Program-made: the position numbers and the translations under genes
Origin: a virus
Taxonomy: Duplodnaviria > Caudoviricetes
DNA: 64,000 bases
Virus record (IMG/VR): IMGVR_UViG_3300017912_001273
Coordinates: 32,102-96,101 of that record
Direction: 5' to 3' (one strand)
Notes under the pieces: model-generated
Told to the model about the DNA's origin: nothing
The model's database searches: none
What the model saw: the letters and a program-made list of their open reading frames with translations, nothing else
Part shown: positions 61,361-64,000 of the stretch, in pieces
Position numbering within the stretch: the first letter of the stretch is position 1
Layout of the letters: each line of letters starts with the position of its first letter

Positions 61361-64000
61361 TTATGAACCCATCTTGCCACTATAGAAAGGCACTACAAAC
61401 TTCTTTAATTTTTTTTCTTTACCTTCTCTTGCGTTATCTCCCTGATTATTACCCATTATACTAACATTAGACCCTGGATAACCTGGTATACCTCTCTGCT
61501 GCAATTCATTCTGTCCTGCTGTTGTACCAGGCATAACTTGATTACTACCCATACCCATATACATTTTTAAGAAATCTTCATCAACTTCAACATCCGGTCC
61601 TAAATTCTTTTTAAGATCAATGTAGTCATTAAGCATTTGTTGTTTACCATCTACTTGGCTTTGCTTATATAATTGTCTACCGCCTGGTGTAAATACAACA
61701 TCTCCACCAGCACTTGGATCTACATTATAATAGTCATACAAAGTATTCATGTTATATGCATTAGATGCATTTGTAATAGCAGTATTAAATAGTTCTGCAT
61801 TTTTAGCTGTCTTCCAATTGTCAAAATTATCTTTATTTTGTAATGCTACTGTTGTATCATCATATAAATCTTTAGCTCTTTTATTATTAAAAGCATCAAC
61901 CCTCATATTTAATTGAGGTTGTAATGCAGCTACCCTATTCATAGTTCTAACATTATTTTGATTTACTGTGTTTATAGCTTTAGCATTAGCATCTAAAGTT
62001 TTACCTTGTATATTACTACGTGCTATAGCCTGTGGTCCATATGCACCTAGTGCATTTGCCATAGTATTTTGTGCAGCAAGATTTGCATTTACTCTACCAG
62101 TATAATCATCTAATACATAGTCTATTTTCTGATCCTCCAGTACAGGTTGAAATGGTAGATATAAATTATCATCAATAAACCCTAAAGCATTTAGATTATT
62201 TATATCTTGTGCAAACATTTCTTTTTCTGGTAGAGGTGCTGGAGTTATTTGAGGTGGTATTATTTCTTCTGGTTCTTCTGGTATGTCAAAGAATTGCTCA
62301 TCTTCAGAACTAAAATCAACATCTAACCTAGGTGTATTGAATGTGTGTAATCCAAAGTCACCGTCAAAGCCAGATCCCTTAACAAAATTTTCATCATCAC
62401 TGTCCATAAAGTATGGAACATAAGGGATACCAAATTTTTCTGCTTCTTCTTTTCTTGTTTTTTCTGCAAGCTTTTGAAACTCTAACCACTGTGGATCACT
62501 TCTACCTGCATTATAATCAAAGCCTTCTATTTGACTTACAACATCACCCCATCTATTCATGAAGTCTGCCTTAGCCTCATCACTTTCTATTTCTGCTGAC
62601 CCAAAGCTACCTTCACCTGTAACTGCTTGATTCTCAGGTCTGTTACCACCTGATAAGATACCATATCTATATTGACCAATAGGTGATCCTTGTAATACTT
62701 GACCTTGACCCTCTATATCTTCACTATAAATAGGTACTGATCCTGTACCAGATCCTTGAGCTTCTCTTCTTTCTCCTGCTTCTACATCTTGGAATCTTGA
62801 TTGGAAAGGTTTATATGCTCTTACTCTACCATCTACAACAGATAATTCATAACCACTATTCTGTAGTTCTTCTAGTTGTCTACGTGTATCACTACCTTCT
62901 GGGTATCTACTTAAAATTTTATCTGTTTCTTTTGGTGCTTCTTTTTGAACCTCTTGATTAACTTTTTCTTCATTTTTCTGCACTACCTCAACAATTTCAT
63001 CTGATCCAGAATCTGATGCATTAGAATATCTCTCTGCAAAGACCTCATCACTAATACTTAAATCACCCACTAGAGGATTTGTTTTAGCCTCAAATATATC
63101 CCAGTCATCTATATCTTCAAATGCTTTACCATAAAGTTTAATTTCATCTGCAGAAAGTCCATCAATAAAGTCTTGATCTAGTTTTCCATCAAAGTCTCTA
63201 TGCATATTATTTCTAATTGCATAATCAACATAAGTAGCTCTATCTACAATTTGCCCATTTATGCTATATGTACTAGTTACATTACTCTGCTCTGCGTTAC
63301 CATCTTGAGCTTTCATAAGAAAGTCTTTCATCTCCAAACCATCTTTAGCCATTAAGCTTTGCATAAGTGCATCATCACCTTGTGCAAGATTAGATTGCAT
63401 TGCAGAAGTTGCTGGAGTATTCATTGTATTTTCAGCAGCCTGATTTGCTTGTTGTTCTGCTGCTACTAACATTTGTTGTAGCATTCTTAATTGATCTTGC
63501 TGATCTTGTGGTAATTGAGAAATAGTATTCTCTGCAGCTTGTCTTTCAGTTATTCCCTCAACTTGTGCTGTAAACTGCAGTGGGTCAATACCATTTTGAA
63601 CTAAGTAAGGGTGTGATACTAAAGGTACACCATCTTCAAAGTTCTTCTTTGCTTCTTGCATAAAACCTAACTTAGATAAATCTTGCATATTTTTTCTAAG
63701 CATAAGCTCAGCACTCCTTGAAGATATATCATCTGCATACTGACTATCTAATTCTGCGTAGTAATCATTCAACTGAAACTTTTTAGAAATTTGTGCAGGA
63801 GTTTTTCTTTGCCCTCCCATATCAAACTCTTTCATTTCTTCTTTTGTAAATTTAAGTTTTGGTGTATCACTATAAATAAATGATTGTTCTGGCAAAAACA
63901 TAGGCACACCACCTTGAGAATGTCTTGGTCCGTTTATATTATATAAACCAAACATACCATCATTGTTAAGATCTGTTAGTACAGTTTCTCCACCTTCTGC
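61361..64000 (-). CDS. Putative virion cargo protein, 5'-truncated by the window edge
   Basis: Frame is open to the edge (AEGGETVLTDLNNDGM...); AEGGE and GPRHSQGGV motifs recalled from crAss-like virion proteins; Q/N-rich C-terminus. Confidence 0.65.
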   Translation of the reverse strand, partial: AEGGETVLTDLNNDGMFGLYNINGPRHSQGGVPMFLPEQSFIYSDTPKLKFTKEEMKEFDMGGQRKTPAQISKKFQLNDYYAELDSQYADDISSRSAELMLRKNMQDLSKLGFMQEAKKNFEDGVPLVSHPYLVQNGIDPLQFTAQVEGITERQAAENTISQLPQDQQDQLRMLQQMLVAAEQQANQAAENTMNTPATSAMQSNLAQGDDALMQSLMAKDGLEMKDFLMKAQDGNAEQSNVTSTYSINGQIVDRATYVDYAIRNNMHRDFDGKLDQDFIDGLSADEIKLYGKAFEDIDDWDIFEAKTNPLVGDLSISDEVFAERYSNASDSGSDEIVEVVQKNEEKVNQEVQKEAPKETDKILSRYPEGSDTRRQLEELQNSGYELSVVDGRVRAYKPFQSRFQDVEAGERREAQGSGTGSVPIYSEDIEGQGQVLQGSPIGQYRYGILSGGNRPENQAVTGEGSFGSAEIESDEAKADFMNRWGDVVSQIEGFDYNAGRSDPQWLEFQKLAEKTRKEEAEKFGIPYVPYFMDSDDENFVKGSGFDGDFGLHTFNTPRLDVDFSSEDEQFFDIPEEPEEIIPPQITPAPLPEKEMFAQDINNLNALGFIDDNLYLPFQPVLEDQKIDYVLDDYTGRVNANLAAQNTMANALGAYGPQAIARSNIQGKTLDANAKAINTVNQNNVRTMNRVAALQPQLNMRVDAFNNKRAKDLYDDTTVALQNKDNFDNWKTAKNAELFNTAITNASNAYNMNTLYDYYNVDPSAGGDVVFTPGGRQLYKQSQVDGKQQMLNDYIDLKKNLGPDVEVDEDFLKMYMGMGSNQVMPGTTAGQNELQQRGIPGYPGSNVSIMGNNQGDNAREGKEKKLKKFVVPFYSGKMGS

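Noticed and set aside
1-64000. Stop-codon reassignment (TAG or TGA), known in some crAss-like phages
   Set aside because: Genes, including the 4491-aa ORF, are intact in the standard code; TAG and TGA end coupled genes; no suppressor tRNA in the window.
1-64000. CRISPR array, diversity-generating retroelement, integrase or IS element
   Set aside because: No spaced nucleotide repeats, reverse transcriptase, recombinase or transposase motifs seen; fibre repeats are diverged at synonymous sites, as expected for old protein repeats.

Overview
The window is an AT-rich segment of a large lytic dsDNA phage, most likely crAss-like (Crassvirales-related, similar in layout to Cellulophaga phage phi14:2) with a Bacteroidota host. 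The host call rests on TAnnTTTG-like promoters, start codons without Shine-Dalgarno sites, and DUF4846. The left ~25.8 kb is almost all + strand and holds early/middle genes: three tRNAs, SF2 helicase, uracil-DNA glycosylase, DnaB-like helicase, Sak4-like ATPase, SSB, primase, RusA-like resolvase, a vWA-metallopeptidase/MoxR ATPase module, a PD-(D/E)XK exonuclease, family B DNA polymerase, a SET protein and an SPL-like radical SAM enzyme. The right ~38 kb is mostly - strand: fibre/structural genes, holin, micro-ORFs, a self-contained envelope operon (outer-membrane beta-barrel, lipoprotein, two membrane proteins, Cys-less secreted thioredoxin, SNase), and four very large putative virion cargo proteins. 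One of these is a 4491-aa polyprotein carrying the DFDID virion RNA polymerase motif. A + strand ribonucleotide reductase island interrupts this arm. Most notable observations: (1) near-total, strand-asymmetric absence of the trinucleotide CGA; (2) the envelope operon with its own repeat-flanked promoter; (3) a MoxR/vWA module whose three uncharacterised neighbours share a helical motif; (4) an unannotated 26-aa CDGSH [2Fe-2S] micro-protein. All assignments come from reading motifs by eye; no searches were run.
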